From positions 1 to 27,697 of the IMG/VR virus record IMGVR_UViG_3300011434_000020: a stretch of 27,697 bases of DNA. The stretch is one strand, 5' to 3'. Of the stretch, positions 1 through 9,231 are shown in pieces. The stretch's first letter is position 1. Each line of letters begins with the position of its first letter. The position numbers were made by a program, and so were the translations under genes. The notes under the pieces were generated by a model, which was given only the letters and a program-made list of their open reading frames with translations, was not told the DNA's origin and did not search any database. Source of the DNA: a virus (Duplodnaviria > Caudoviricetes).

Positions 1-339
1 CCGGTAAGCATTTGCATAAGCTGAATGAAGATTAGCATAGGCAGATGAACCAGGAAGGTTAGCACTAATGCCTCCCCATCCACCTCCACCACCTCCACCA
101 GCTTCACCAGTAGCTTTCCAAGCCCCTCTCATTCTATCAATATCTTCTGGAGTTAAGCCACCACCAGCAGCATAGTTAGAGTATCCTTGGAAGGCAGGAT
201 TATAGTTTTCTGTGGCCCTATCCCAAGTGGTATCACCTCTACCACCAATGGTATCAGACAAGGCATTATATTTCTGTTCAGATTGGGACACTTGCCCCAT
301 CGTAGTATTATAAATATTTTTCTTGTCGTCTTTAGCCAT
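1..339 (-). CDS. 5' part of a Gly-rich virion protein, probably an internal/DNA-ejection protein (runs off the window)
   Basis: Not in the ORF track. ATG at 339 overlaps the stop of the GNAT-like gene; frame is open to base 1 (MAKDDKKNIYNTTMGQ...GGGGGGGWGG). Position after a GNAT-like gene matches podovirus ejection-protein synteny. Confidence 0.6.
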   Translation of the reverse strand, partial: MAKDDKKNIYNTTMGQVSQSEQKYNALSDTIGGRGDTTWDRATENYNPAFQGYSNYAAGGGLTPEDIDRMRGAWKATGEAGGGGGGGWGGISANLPGSSAYANLHSAYANAYR

Positions 340-709
340 TGTCTAGGTCCAAGAATAATGGTGTCCCAGTACAAACACCATAGTTAAAACGCTCTACTAA
401 GAGCTTGACAAAATCTTCATCCTTAACGTAAGAATGAACCATGTCAATTCCACGCGCCTTAGTAAGTTCAGTTGACTTATCGGATAGCAACTTGAGAGCT
501 TTAACTTTGGTGACTTTGAGGGAGTCTTTCTTTGGTACAAATACTATCTCTACATATTTCTTAGTATATCCCCAGGCTATTACTTTTCCATTATGTTCAA
601 CTACAAGAACGTCTAACATGTTCTTGAAGTCAGGAAACGGAAAGGAATGACCTTTGTGTATCTCTATAAGAGCAGGCCAATCTCCTTGTTTAGCTGGACG
701 AACTTCCAT
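332..709 (-). CDS. GNAT-fold acetyltransferase-like protein (positional analogue of T7 gp13 / P22 gp14)
   Basis: MEVRPAKQGDWPALIEI...VLVVEHNGKVIAWG...ARGIDMVHSYV is a typical GNAT pattern; located between the fibres and the ejection gene. Confidence 0.7.
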   Translation of the reverse strand: MEVRPAKQGDWPALIEIHKGHSFPFPDFKNMLDVLVVEHNGKVIAWGYTKKYVEIVFVPKKDSLKVTKVKALKLLSDKSTELTKARGIDMVHSYVKDEDFVKLLVERFNYGVCTGTPLFLDLDNG

Positions 710-1067
710 TGGAACCTGGATTCTTTAACCATGCTAAAGTCTTTAATGCTAGTCTGGCCGGTTGGCCGATTGACCACGGAACCTTTCCTACGTAATCATA
801 GAGTAAGTCAAACTCTGGATCATCAATAGTAATTTCTGTATTACCAGTAAAATCCAATTCTCTATCCGGCTCATCTAAACCTGGCAATTTTTTGCCACAC
901 TCGCAGGGTAAAGAAATACCTTCAAATTTATCCAGAAGATTAATCTCACGATTAAGAACTGTCAAACCTTTAGAAGTATTAGTATTGCCGGTTACAATTA
1001 AACCGTGGAACAATACTTCAAATCGCTTCTTACTCTCATCATCATTAACAAACTTCAGTACTCTCAT
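690..1067 (-). CDS. hypothetical protein, possible tail fibre assembly chaperone
   Basis: 125 aa ORF with AGAGG RBS, directly downstream of the fibre gene; function from position only. Confidence 0.55.
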   Translation of the reverse strand: MRVLKFVNDDESKKRFEVLFHGLIVTGNTNTSKGLTVLNREINLLDKFEGISLPCECGKKLPGLDEPDRELDFTGNTEITIDDPEFDLLYDYVGKVPWSIGQPARLALKTLAWLKNPGSNGSSSS

Positions 1068-1076
1068 TGGCCACCT

Positions 1077-2471
1077 CTAATTCTTACGACAGAATACCAT
1101 TGTGAAGTATGGAGGAGTATGATCCGCTCCATTTGTTCCGCCTGCTATTCTATGAGTATGATCTCCACCAGCACCAGTTCTTCCATCAATGTTAGTAGTT
1201 ACGTTTACATTAAGATTAACAGCAACAGCAAATCCGTGGGTATGTGCATCTTGCGCTGCACCAAAACTACTACCAGCGTCAACACCTGAAGTTTGAGATG
1301 GGCCGCCAGTATTTCCACCAAAGTTACCACTACCAGAACCGGAACCATTAAACGAACCACCAAATGAATGGTCATGACTTCCGCCACCACCAGAAGTTAC
1401 ATCAAATTGATGAGAGTGGGTATTAGAACCTCCAACTCCTCCGGCTCCTGAACTACCTAATGGAAACCTATTATCTAATTGGGAATATCTAGTCCAACCA
1501 GCCGGACAATTAGTATCGAACATTGCTATTAATCCAGATGGGATAGGCTCTCCTCCACCACCAGAACCAACATCAATGGCTTGCCAAGTGCTATCACCTC
1601 TTAGAAAAGTACCAGCATTAGCAACGCCAGAACCTAATCTGGCAGTTGGAACTGTTCCTAAAGTAATATTAGAGCCATTAAGATTATGTATTGCACCACC
1701 ATAGCAAGTTACAACACTATTATAGCCTACATTAAATACCTCTGAATAAATTCCTCCAGCATCATGAGAAACTTGAAAACCAAAATTACCTTGATTATAA
1801 ATTACTCTCATCCATTTTTGATCAACCGGTGAACCTTCAGCAAACCAATTAATAACAGCATAAGTATGTCTACTAGTTAATGCGCCACTTTCAGTGTTAT
1901 AAAATGTATTACCTCCTGTCCATGTCTGAGTACTAGCAAGTAATCCAACTCCTGTTAATCTAGCAGCAGGAACAGTTCCAATTGTTAATGCAGAAGCATT
2001 AAGAGAAGTTATATTTACTCCAGTTGCAAATACTACTGATGCACCACTTGACATTAATACTTCACCATAACCAGCTAATGCTAAAGAAGCTCCTGTTCCG
2101 CCTCTAGCAAGAGGAAGAACTCCAGTAGTAACAGAACTAATGTCAAATGAAATTCCAGTAATAGAACCACCAGTAATATTAACTGCATTAGAATTCTGAA
2201 GAGCCATGCTACCAAGACCTAAATTGGTAACAACACCTCCAGGAGTAGTTGATCCAGTCCCTCCACCGGCTACACTTAGAACTTTATTTACCCAATTACC
2301 AGCAATCCATTCCTGAAAAAGATTAATAGAACGATTATAGCGAATAGTATTCTCAGGCAGATTAATAGGAGAGCCATTCTGCAAAGTTGCAGCATCAACA
2401 AATTTATTATTCATCTCGGCTACAAAGTTAATGTAGCCGGATGTAACTGTTGGTAGATTCCAGTCAGCCAT
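1077..2471 (-). CDS. tail fibre with collar-like domain and His-x-His metal-binding tip
   Basis: Gly/Thr-rich shaft repeats (GTVPAARL, GTVPTARL), collar-like IPSGLIAMFDTNCPAGW...RFPLG, HxH motifs (THSH, SHDH, AHTH, DHTH), C-terminal PPYFTMVFCRK. Confidence 0.85.
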   Translation of the reverse strand: MADWNLPTVTSGYINFVAEMNNKFVDAATLQNGSPINLPENTIRYNRSINLFQEWIAGNWVNKVLSVAGGGTGSTTPGGVVTNLGLGSMALQNSNAVNITGGSITGISFDISSVTTGVLPLARGGTGASLALAGYGEVLMSSGASVVFATGVNITSLNASALTIGTVPAARLTGVGLLASTQTWTGGNTFYNTESGALTSRHTYAVINWFAEGSPVDQKWMRVIYNQGNFGFQVSHDAGGIYSEVFNVGYNSVVTCYGGAIHNLNGSNITLGTVPTARLGSGVANAGTFLRGDSTWQAIDVGSGGGGEPIPSGLIAMFDTNCPAGWTRYSQLDNRFPLGSSGAGGVGGSNTHSHQFDVTSGGGGSHDHSFGGSFNGSGSGSGNFGGNTGGPSQTSGVDAGSSFGAAQDAHTHGFAVAVNLNVNVTTNIDGRTGAGGDHTHRIAGGTNGADHTPPYFTMVFCRKN

Positions 2472-2483
2472 TTTTTAACTCAA

Positions 2484-3263
2484 CTAACCAATTGCGTAGA
2501 AACCCTGTGCCCAGAATCGATCACCACTTACCCAATTAAATGGATGAGAAATATGACAAAAAGTAGCTGATGGGGATGCACCAGAATGTGCTATAAGAGC
2601 TATTGAGTTAGGAATACCAAGAAAAGTTGGACCTGATGTTATTGCTGCTTGATAATAAGTACCAGTTCCAGCACTAAAAATGAAAGCACTTCCATTAGAA
2701 AAATCATGATTAGTAATTTCATAGGGAGCTGGAGGCATACTAAAAGCAAAATAACTAGTTCCATAATTAGTAGTAGTTCCAGAATTAAATTTAATATTCC
2801 AAAATACTATTTTACCAATTACCGTGTAACTACCAATTATAGATCCATTACCAATAGAAGGAGCAACACCACCTCCATAAACAGACCAGACTGGAGTATA
2901 ATTTTGCCATTCTCCGTTTGGAATTGTTCTACCATGTTCATAGTACTTACCTGGAATTACTAAATTTCCACTTCTCTCAAATTTAAACCTTGAAACATAA
3001 GCATCATCAGCATCGCTAGTATGAGAAATATAGAAATCACCAAATCCTTCCATTCGTGATTTCTTTCTACCAGCTGACTCAGCCTCACAAGTAAAAAGAA
3101 AGTAAGGAAAACTATTAGAGAAATTCTGTTTATTACCAGTGAATGTATTAGCTTGATCCTTATAAGGAATATTAGGTAATTGCACCCACGGACCTGCACC
3201 AGTCTGCCCGGCAGACGTATCGAATTCATATATGTTTAACGTATCATTCCAACGGATGAACAT
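2484..3263 (-). CDS. second tail fibre / receptor-binding protein
   Basis: C-terminal WQNYTPVW...GNGSIIGSYTVIGKIVF pattern typical of fibre head domains; shares modules with 1077..2471. Confidence 0.75.
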   Translation of the reverse strand: MFIRWNDTLNIYEFDTSAGQTGAGPWVQLPNIPYKDQANTFTGNKQNFSNSFPYFLFTCEAESAGRKKSRMEGFGDFYISHTSDADDAYVSRFKFERSGNLVIPGKYYEHGRTIPNGEWQNYTPVWSVYGGGVAPSIGNGSIIGSYTVIGKIVFWNIKFNSGTTTNYGTSYFAFSMPPAPYEITNHDFSNGSAFIFSAGTGTYYQAAITSGPTFLGIPNSIALIAHSGASPSATFCHISHPFNWVSGDRFWAQGFYAIG

Positions 3264-4682
3264 CTAGATTACTCCTCTAGCTTTCCAATCAATCGTAGAA
3301 TTTATTCTATTACCAGAAGAATCAAATACTAGAATCCTAAAATCATCTTTATTTACAGCATCGCAAACAGCATATAAAGGTTGAAGAGAAGTAGCTGCCG
3401 TTGCCGTTACCGAACTAATCCCTGTAAACACTTTGTTATAGGTTACGAGCGTTCCTCCCACATCAGACGCCAAACAATCAATAGAACCGGAATCCAGAGT
3501 AAGAGTAACATTGAGAACGACTTTTAGATTAGTAATAAAAGCGGCTGAAAGATCATCAACATTAGTAAAGATCCATTTAATCTTTACATATCTAAAAGAT
3601 GGAGCAAGAGCACCATTTCCAACTACTGGAGTAGTGTATATTATTCCGTCATCAGAATAAGAAAACTCAGTAGTAACATTAGTAGAGCCATAGAGTTGCT
3701 GTTTATTATAATCTATGACAATACTTAGCTCTTCGTAAATCTGTCCGAAGTCGAATACTTCCTCATAAGAACCTACTCCATTGTAAGCCGGTTGCCAATA
3801 GATTGGATAACCTTTGTCAACTTGGTCTTGTGGAGAAATAAATCCAAAATCTACATAATGTTGTTCCCACGTCTTATCATTCCAAACAGGGCCAAGAACA
3901 CCTACTAACCCATCAATAATAACCTGTTCAGTATGATTATAGATTCCAGTATAATCTGCCTGTAGTTCATCAACAAACTCAAACTCAGATGGATCATGTA
4001 AGTCTACAACTTTAGTGGCCGACCTAAGAGAAACATTACCAACAATGTCAACTGCTTCAACAGAATAGCCATATGAACCGCCTACCTGCTCCTGAATTAG
4101 CTTAAAGGTTCCGTTAATAATACCAATAGGAATATTATCTTTATAAACTACGTAATGGTCAATCCTCCAAGCTGAAGCTGGAACCGTCCATCTCAACAAC
4201 ACAGTAGAAACAACTACTTCTACAGAAAGTTCAGGAGGAGGGATTGTTGGGATAATTAATGTTGCTGCTGAAGAATCTCCCAACTCTCCCTCTAGGTTCA
4301 TTGCCCTAATTAAAAACTGATAAGTACCATATACTAAGTTTAACCAAACAGGATCGACATTAGCAACATCAGTAGCAGTAAGTACAATATGCTTGGCAGT
4401 AATCCAATCGTCACCCATCTTAATATGGTAACGAAAAGCTCCAGGAAGGTCATCCCAATCAAGTCTAAGATTATCGGGGTAGGCCACCCCATTAAAGTTT
4501 TGAACTGGCCCTAGCGGTTTAATGACTCCGCCTTGGTCAACCCCTCCAATTACCTTAGGTGGAAATACCTTATTGTTAATAGTATATAAATCGTCAATCA
4601 TCAACTGGAGAGCACGGAACAGAGTAGGATTAGTCTTATCGTCAACCCTTATCAGATTGCGAACCGCGTTCTCGTTAGCCAT
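3264..4682 (-). CDS. tail protein with fibronectin-III-like domains
   Basis: Beta-rich FN3-like segments (LRLDWDDLPGAFRYHI; LLRWTVP...YVVYKD...YSVEAVDIVGNVS); located in tail module. Confidence 0.7.
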   Translation of the reverse strand: MANENAVRNLIRVDDKTNPTLFRALQLMIDDLYTINNKVFPPKVIGGVDQGGVIKPLGPVQNFNGVAYPDNLRLDWDDLPGAFRYHIKMGDDWITAKHIVLTATDVANVDPVWLNLVYGTYQFLIRAMNLEGELGDSSAATLIIPTIPPPELSVEVVVSTVLLRWTVPASAWRIDHYVVYKDNIPIGIINGTFKLIQEQVGGSYGYSVEAVDIVGNVSLRSATKVVDLHDPSEFEFVDELQADYTGIYNHTEQVIIDGLVGVLGPVWNDKTWEQHYVDFGFISPQDQVDKGYPIYWQPAYNGVGSYEEVFDFGQIYEELSIVIDYNKQQLYGSTNVTTEFSYSDDGIIYTTPVVGNGALAPSFRYVKIKWIFTNVDDLSAAFITNLKVVLNVTLTLDSGSIDCLASDVGGTLVTYNKVFTGISSVTATAATSLQPLYAVCDAVNKDDFRILVFDSSGNRINSTIDWKARGVI

Positions 4683-6613
4683 TACTCAACGATTCTAGGC
4701 GTTTCTGCCCAGAGAGATTTGGCATCCACTGACATTTCAAACAAAGTAAATCGTTCTCCTGCGTTTAGATTAGACATTAGCTTTACAGACATTTTAGTAT
4801 CGACAAAGTTAATGGGTTTCTGGTAGTAAAGATTAGGAGTCTCACTTAGTGTCCATCTTGGTGGATTCATAATCTTCTGATTATTTACACCATAGAGATA
4901 GATATTAAAGTAACCAACTCCCTCTACTCTTGCCTCTAAAAACCCAAAGTGGTTAACAAAATATCCCTTAGTCTTAAGAAGATGAGTTTGGATGTATGAA
5001 GTAATTCTAGTATTGTCGTCTAATACTAATCCTTCTGTCTGTTCGTAAATATGTCCTGAGAAGCCGGATTGCTTGAAAACGGTTTCTGCGTTTAAGTTAC
5101 TATCTGCCACAATAGAAGTAACAGACCAAGGAAATGCCCAGAAATTCCATCTAACTAATGTTCCTACTAACTGGCCGTAACGATTGAAAGCATTGTTGTA
5201 ATCACCAACAAGAATATGAGAACATTCAGTAGCAATATCTAATGGGACCGAGGCGTAAAGGAGTTTTGCTTCCGGGTCATCAACAAGCTGGACTTTACTA
5301 AACTCTTTCTTATTAATTCTGGCCCAGACTCCTGCGATATTATCTGAAAAAGGAGGGTCTTGAAATCCCCCACCTTCATAACAATATATTCCTGATTTGT
5401 CTCCTTGGAAAAATCTTTTGACACTGGTTCCTCGTGAGTCTAGAATCTTTGAAACAGAGAAGCACTCTGCACCGATAGCTTTGTCGAGAGGGTCACAGCG
5501 CCAGCTATCAGGATCGTTACCATTATCAACAGTAATATAAGTTCTGTCTTGCGTTTGAATGAGTAATGAGGTTTCATGGTCTACGACATTCTTAATAGAA
5601 CTAATTGCGTCAGACGGATCAAGATATAGTAAGCCACCAGTCTGGTCAAAATTCTCAACAAAGATGGCCGCTGAGAAGAAGACATAGTGCTCAAAAGCTG
5701 GAACACCCCAAAGGGCCATTCTATTGTTATAGACTGTTAGCCCTAATCCACACGGAATAGTACTTCTTGAATCAAATAGATAGTCTGCTGAATCGATAAG
5801 GTCTTCGTCAAAGAAGTTAATATCGTGTAGAAAGGTAGTGGTGTTGTCAAAAATCCTTCCGTTTGGCATGAAGAAGAATTCATAACCAAGCTGATTCCCG
5901 GTATACATTCCCGGTGGGATTGATTTAGTAATGAGTAATCTTCTTGCAACAGTCCCAGTTGGGCCAATTCCAATCCCATCTACATTAAGCTTAAAACCAC
6001 CAGGAGAATCCCACAAACCAAAAGTTTCAGGTCCTGGTGCTGTAATAAATCCAGTTGATGTTTCATAACAAACTGCAACTAAATATGTTCCTAACCCCGG
6101 GTCACCAGCGTTAACAGAAGTAGTACAGCTAAGAGCAAAACCAGTAGGAGTAGTTCCACCAGCTGCTCGTAAAGTTCCCGGTCCTTCTCCTTCGTATACT
6201 TGTACGTTCGCACCTGCAATACCAGATACCCTGTCATGAAAAGTAATATAAGCGCGATTAAGGTAGTTAAGCGCACTGAAGTCTTTGAAGTTTACATTGG
6301 TAATTAGTGGAGAACCATAGAGAGAATCCCACAAACTACCATTGGTATCGAGTATCAAGTAACGAGAAGTCTCATTGAGTCTCTTATAAACAAAGAATCT
6401 CCTGATGTTAGGCAGGTCGAAAATCTTTGTAAATCCATCCCGCGTCCGAACCTCTATCTGTTCAAACGAAGTATTAAGAGAATCAATGAAATAGCCAGGT
6501 GGAACTGCGTCATCTATACCATTGAAGTACAGACCCTTCCATTGGTTAATCGGAATCTGTTCGTGATCCCGAAGACCTGTTCTTTTAGTGGGAGGCATAC
6601 GCAGTTCCACCAA
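4682..6613 (-). CDS. tail nozzle / stabilisation protein (P22 gp10 / T7 gp12-like)
   Basis: 643 aa, beta-propeller-like composition, position after the adaptor gene. Confidence 0.7.
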   Translation of the reverse strand: MVELRMPPTKRTGLRDHEQIPINQWKGLYFNGIDDAVPPGYFIDSLNTSFEQIEVRTRDGFTKIFDLPNIRRFFVYKRLNETSRYLILDTNGSLWDSLYGSPLITNVNFKDFSALNYLNRAYITFHDRVSGIAGANVQVYEGEGPGTLRAAGGTTPTGFALSCTTSVNAGDPGLGTYLVAVCYETSTGFITAPGPETFGLWDSPGGFKLNVDGIGIGPTGTVARRLLITKSIPPGMYTGNQLGYEFFFMPNGRIFDNTTTFLHDINFFDEDLIDSADYLFDSRSTIPCGLGLTVYNNRMALWGVPAFEHYVFFSAAIFVENFDQTGGLLYLDPSDAISSIKNVVDHETSLLIQTQDRTYITVDNGNDPDSWRCDPLDKAIGAECFSVSKILDSRGTSVKRFFQGDKSGIYCYEGGGFQDPPFSDNIAGVWARINKKEFSKVQLVDDPEAKLLYASVPLDIATECSHILVGDYNNAFNRYGQLVGTLVRWNFWAFPWSVTSIVADSNLNAETVFKQSGFSGHIYEQTEGLVLDDNTRITSYIQTHLLKTKGYFVNHFGFLEARVEGVGYFNIYLYGVNNQKIMNPPRWTLSETPNLYYQKPINFVDTKMSVKLMSNLNAGERFTLFEMSVDAKSLWAETPRIVE

Positions 6614-6619
6614 CTACTG

Positions 6620-6982
6620 TTAGAACTTCTTGAAGATGAAGTATGCTGTGATTGTATCGCCACTTAGGCCAGCCGGAACAGCTCCTGCTCCTACTTCTGC
6701 ACCACCAGCAATTACAGTAAACTTCATCTTCTGTGTGGCAGGGAAATAGGTTCCAAAATAAGCATTACCAACAGCATTCATCCAGATTGGCTGTTGTGCT
6801 ACTACTGGAAGAGGCATACCCAAACCGGCTCCATCAACTGTTCCGCTAAGGACATTGAAAGCATTACCGCCAGTTACATAGGTATCGGCAGCCGGAGCTA
6901 CTGTTAACCTACCAACAGCATGAATCCTTTTACCATCATCCCAAACGTCACCAGTCGTGAAAGTTACCTTTGCTTCTGCCAT
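6620..6982 (-). CDS. hypothetical virion protein
   Basis: 120 aa Gly/Ala/Val-rich beta protein in the structural operon. Confidence 0.6.
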   Translation of the reverse strand: MAEAKVTFTTGDVWDDGKRIHAVGRLTVAPAADTYVTGGNAFNVLSGTVDGAGLGMPLPVVAQQPIWMNAVGNAYFGTYFPATQKMKFTVIAGGAEVGAGAVPAGLSGDTITAYFIFKKF

Positions 6983-7002
6983 TGTCCTACCCCTTGAAAT
7001 CC

Positions 7003-7662
7003 CTAACGGGTGAAAGTAATGTATCTGTTGAGTCGGAAAGGTTTACGGCGAGTTGCCTTAGAGTGAGTCTGCTTCACTTCTTTCTTCAGTAACTTTGATA
7101 ACTTTACTGACGCTACACTTTCCAAGTCAATCGCCTTGGCTCGGTTCTGTCCAACGTGCTCAGAAACTAAAGCGGCTGTGTGGTAAGCCAGATAGTTTAG
7201 AGCATGAGTTAACTCAATGTTACTATTCTCACCAGATACCTGAGTAATGAGACGATAGTAACGGATTCGGAGTACTTTGTTCTGGTTAGAGCCAAGAACA
7301 TTAATAGCCTGTTCTCGCCATGACCAGACAGCTAATTCCCTACCGGGTAGAATGTTGGGAAGGAATGGCCTCTGCTCCATGTATCTATAATATGAATCAT
7401 CTTGACCAGAATCTTTTTCATAGATTTCAATAGGAACAATAATATCGTTAGGCAAAGCCGGTTGAGTTCCTCCAGCGGAAAGAGGAATGGCTTGGGATAT
7501 TTCTTTGGAAACGGTTGAGCCGTTGTCTACTAGTTCATCAGAAAGATCATCGTTAGCAATCTTAAGATATGGAATGAGAACTACATTTGTGTAGAGATCT
7601 CCTACCACATCATTAAGAATTGCTCTCGAACGATCCATTACTTCTGATGCTAAGAGAGCCAT
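7003..7662 (-). CDS. head-tail adaptor (P22 gp4 / T7 gp11-like)
   Basis: Helical N-terminus (MALLASEVMDRSRAILND...YLKIANDDL), beta middle, helical C-terminus; size and synteny. Confidence 0.65.
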   Translation of the reverse strand: MALLASEVMDRSRAILNDVVGDLYTNVVLIPYLKIANDDLSDELVDNGSTVSKEISQAIPLSAGGTQPALPNDIIVPIEIYEKDSGQDDSYYRYMEQRPFLPNILPGRELAVWSWREQAINVLGSNQNKVLRIRYYRLITQVSGENSNIELTHALNYLAYHTAALVSEHVGQNRAKAIDLESVASVKLSKLLKKEVKQTHSKATRRKPFRLNRYITFTR

Positions 7663-7663
7663 G

Positions 7664-8299
7664 TTATACCTTTGCTAAAGGTTTTGGCTGTTCGACAATA
7701 ATGCCAAACTCCAAAGCCTTCTTCTTGTCAAGCACAGCCTTGCAGCTAATACAAATAACTGCTCTGGCATCAATCTTAGAGAAGCAAGCCGGGCAATCAA
7801 TCAGCCCAGAATTGGGATTGTACTCTGGCAGCCAAGCCGGTTTGTAACCTAAATACTGAGCCGCGTAGCGTTGGTGGCCGGAAATCAATCCAATCTTTTT
7901 ATACTGGCTCCAGTCATCATCTGCCAACCGGCAGAGATTCTTGAACCATTGAATCTGTTTCTCAAAGAGAGCTTTAAGTTCTTCTTGATGATCTTTAAGA
8001 ACCTGCTCTCTAGTTAGTTTGTGGTCGAACCACATCATTCCAGGGCCAGCTTCATCGCTAGCCTCAATAACAGTATTAATAAAGTCGTCAACAATAGACT
8101 TAGCAATATGGTGACTAGCAACAGGGACAACAATGTTATGATCCGTTGCCGGAAGCCTCTGTATGTAAGACGATTCTTCAATGAGTACCAAAACGAAATC
8201 GTCTTTTGGGGCGGCAGGGATTTTAAAATATCCTTTTGCAATGGGTTTGATTTCAATGGTTTCAAATGGGCAAATACTTAATACAGTGGAAGTAGGCAC
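7664..8299 (-). CDS. hypothetical protein with C-terminal zinc ribbon
   Basis: CPAC-x10-CISC motif; GTG start with AGGAG RBS. Confidence 0.7.
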   Translation of the reverse strand: MPTSTVLSICPFETIEIKPIAKGYFKIPAAPKDDFVLVLIEESSYIQRLPATDHNIVVPVASHHIAKSIVDDFINTVIEASDEAGPGMMWFDHKLTREQVLKDHQEELKALFEKQIQWFKNLCRLADDDWSQYKKIGLISGHQRYAAQYLGYKPAWLPEYNPNSGLIDCPACFSKIDARAVICISCKAVLDKKKALEFGIIVEQPKPLAKV

Positions 8300-8300
8300 T

Positions 8301-8498
8301 TTACTTCTCCTCTTTATATAGTAAAGTACGCACAGCAGCGTCTTTAGCTTCTAACAACTTACGAAGTGCAACAGTACGTTCAGCATTTTGTGGATACTCT
8401 TCTACAATCTTATTTGCCAGTTCACAAAATGGCTTACTTGCTGCCTGCAAGTTTTCCGGTAAGTGTGAGTACTGAAAGAACTGAATCATTCTATCCAT
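8301..8498 (-). CDS. conserved small helical phage protein, possibly distantly related to the Acb2/Tad1 hairpin fold
   Basis: FFQYSHLP...SKPF...PQNAERTVALRKLLEAKDAAVR; family recognised by eye, function inferred. Confidence 0.6.
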   Translation of the reverse strand: MDRMIQFFQYSHLPENLQAASKPFCELANKIVEEYPQNAERTVALRKLLEAKDAAVRTLLYKEEK

Positions 8499-8504
8499 AC
8501 TTTG

Positions 8505-9029
8505 TTATCCTTTTGGTATTAACGTTGAGTTAGTAAACGTGGGTAGTTCTTTAGTTGGGTCCGGTTTGTCTAGAACTCCGTAAACTACTTCACTTTCTTT
8601 TTCAAGACGCTTTTCTTCTTCCTGAAGATCTTCACTCTCTGTTCGGATTCTCTTTTCAGCCTTTTCGATATGGTTGATTGCAAACTCAATAGCTCTCCAG
8701 TTGAGAGGTAACGGATTGTCCTCTTTGTCAAGGAAAGTAAGTATCGGCTCGTATGTCCACTTATCATATAATGTATCCTGCCGGTTGAGATTGGCTTCTA
8801 CTCTTTCGAGGAGCCAGCATGGTTTAAGATACCAATACTTTTGAATCTCAACTAATCCTTCTTTAACTCCCAGCCAGATTCCTGATTCCTTTGAAAGTAA
8901 ATCGTAGGAACCGTATCGTTTCTCCGTCTGCTCTTCTGAACGGACTACTCGATATTTCTGCTGTTGAGTTGCTTGGTCCCTTCCATACAATTGAAAGAGA
9001 CGTTCGTTAATGAATTCTGAGTCTGTCAC
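8505..9029 (-). CDS. hypothetical protein
   Basis: 174 aa ORF in operon context, acidic coiled-coil C-terminus. Confidence 0.7.
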   Translation of the reverse strand: MTDSEFINERLFQLYGRDQATQQQKYRVVRSEEQTEKRYGSYDLLSKESGIWLGVKEGLVEIQKYWYLKPCWLLERVEANLNRQDTLYDKWTYEPILTFLDKEDNPLPLNWRAIEFAINHIEKAEKRIRTESEDLQEEEKRLEKESEVVYGVLDKPDPTKELPTFTNSTLIPKG

Positions 9030-9168
9030 TTTTGAACTCTATAACTCTTTTGCCACAAATGGTACAGATAACATAGTGCCAAAGTTCATCACCACGCCAT
9101 TCTGTATAATTCATGCACGGTTCAATTCTGAGCCAATGCTGAATTCTATGTATGATTCTACCAATCAT
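9007..9168 (-). CDS. possible 53 aa protein with CxxC motif
   Basis: Below track cutoff: MIGRIIHRIQHWLRIEPC...VICTICGKRV; fills the gap after the terminator; no clear RBS. Confidence 0.4.
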   Translation of the reverse strand: MIGRIIHRIQHWLRIEPCMNYTEWRGDELWHYVICTICGKRVIEFKSDRLRIH

Positions 9169-9170
9169 TT

Positions 9171-9212
9171 AAAAGAAGTGGGGAACAAGGATGGCCACCC
9201 GTCCCCCACTCT
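9171..9212 (-). terminator. intrinsic terminator after the major capsid gene
   Basis: Minus strand GAGTGGGGGACGGG...CCTTGTTCCCCACTT followed by CTTTT, about 20 nt after the capsid stop. Confidence 0.75.
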
Positions 9213-9231
9213 CCCTTACATGCAACCGTGA

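Noticed and set aside
1077-3263. Diversity-generating retroelement acting on the fibres
   Set aside because: No reverse transcriptase and no template/variable repeat pair seen.
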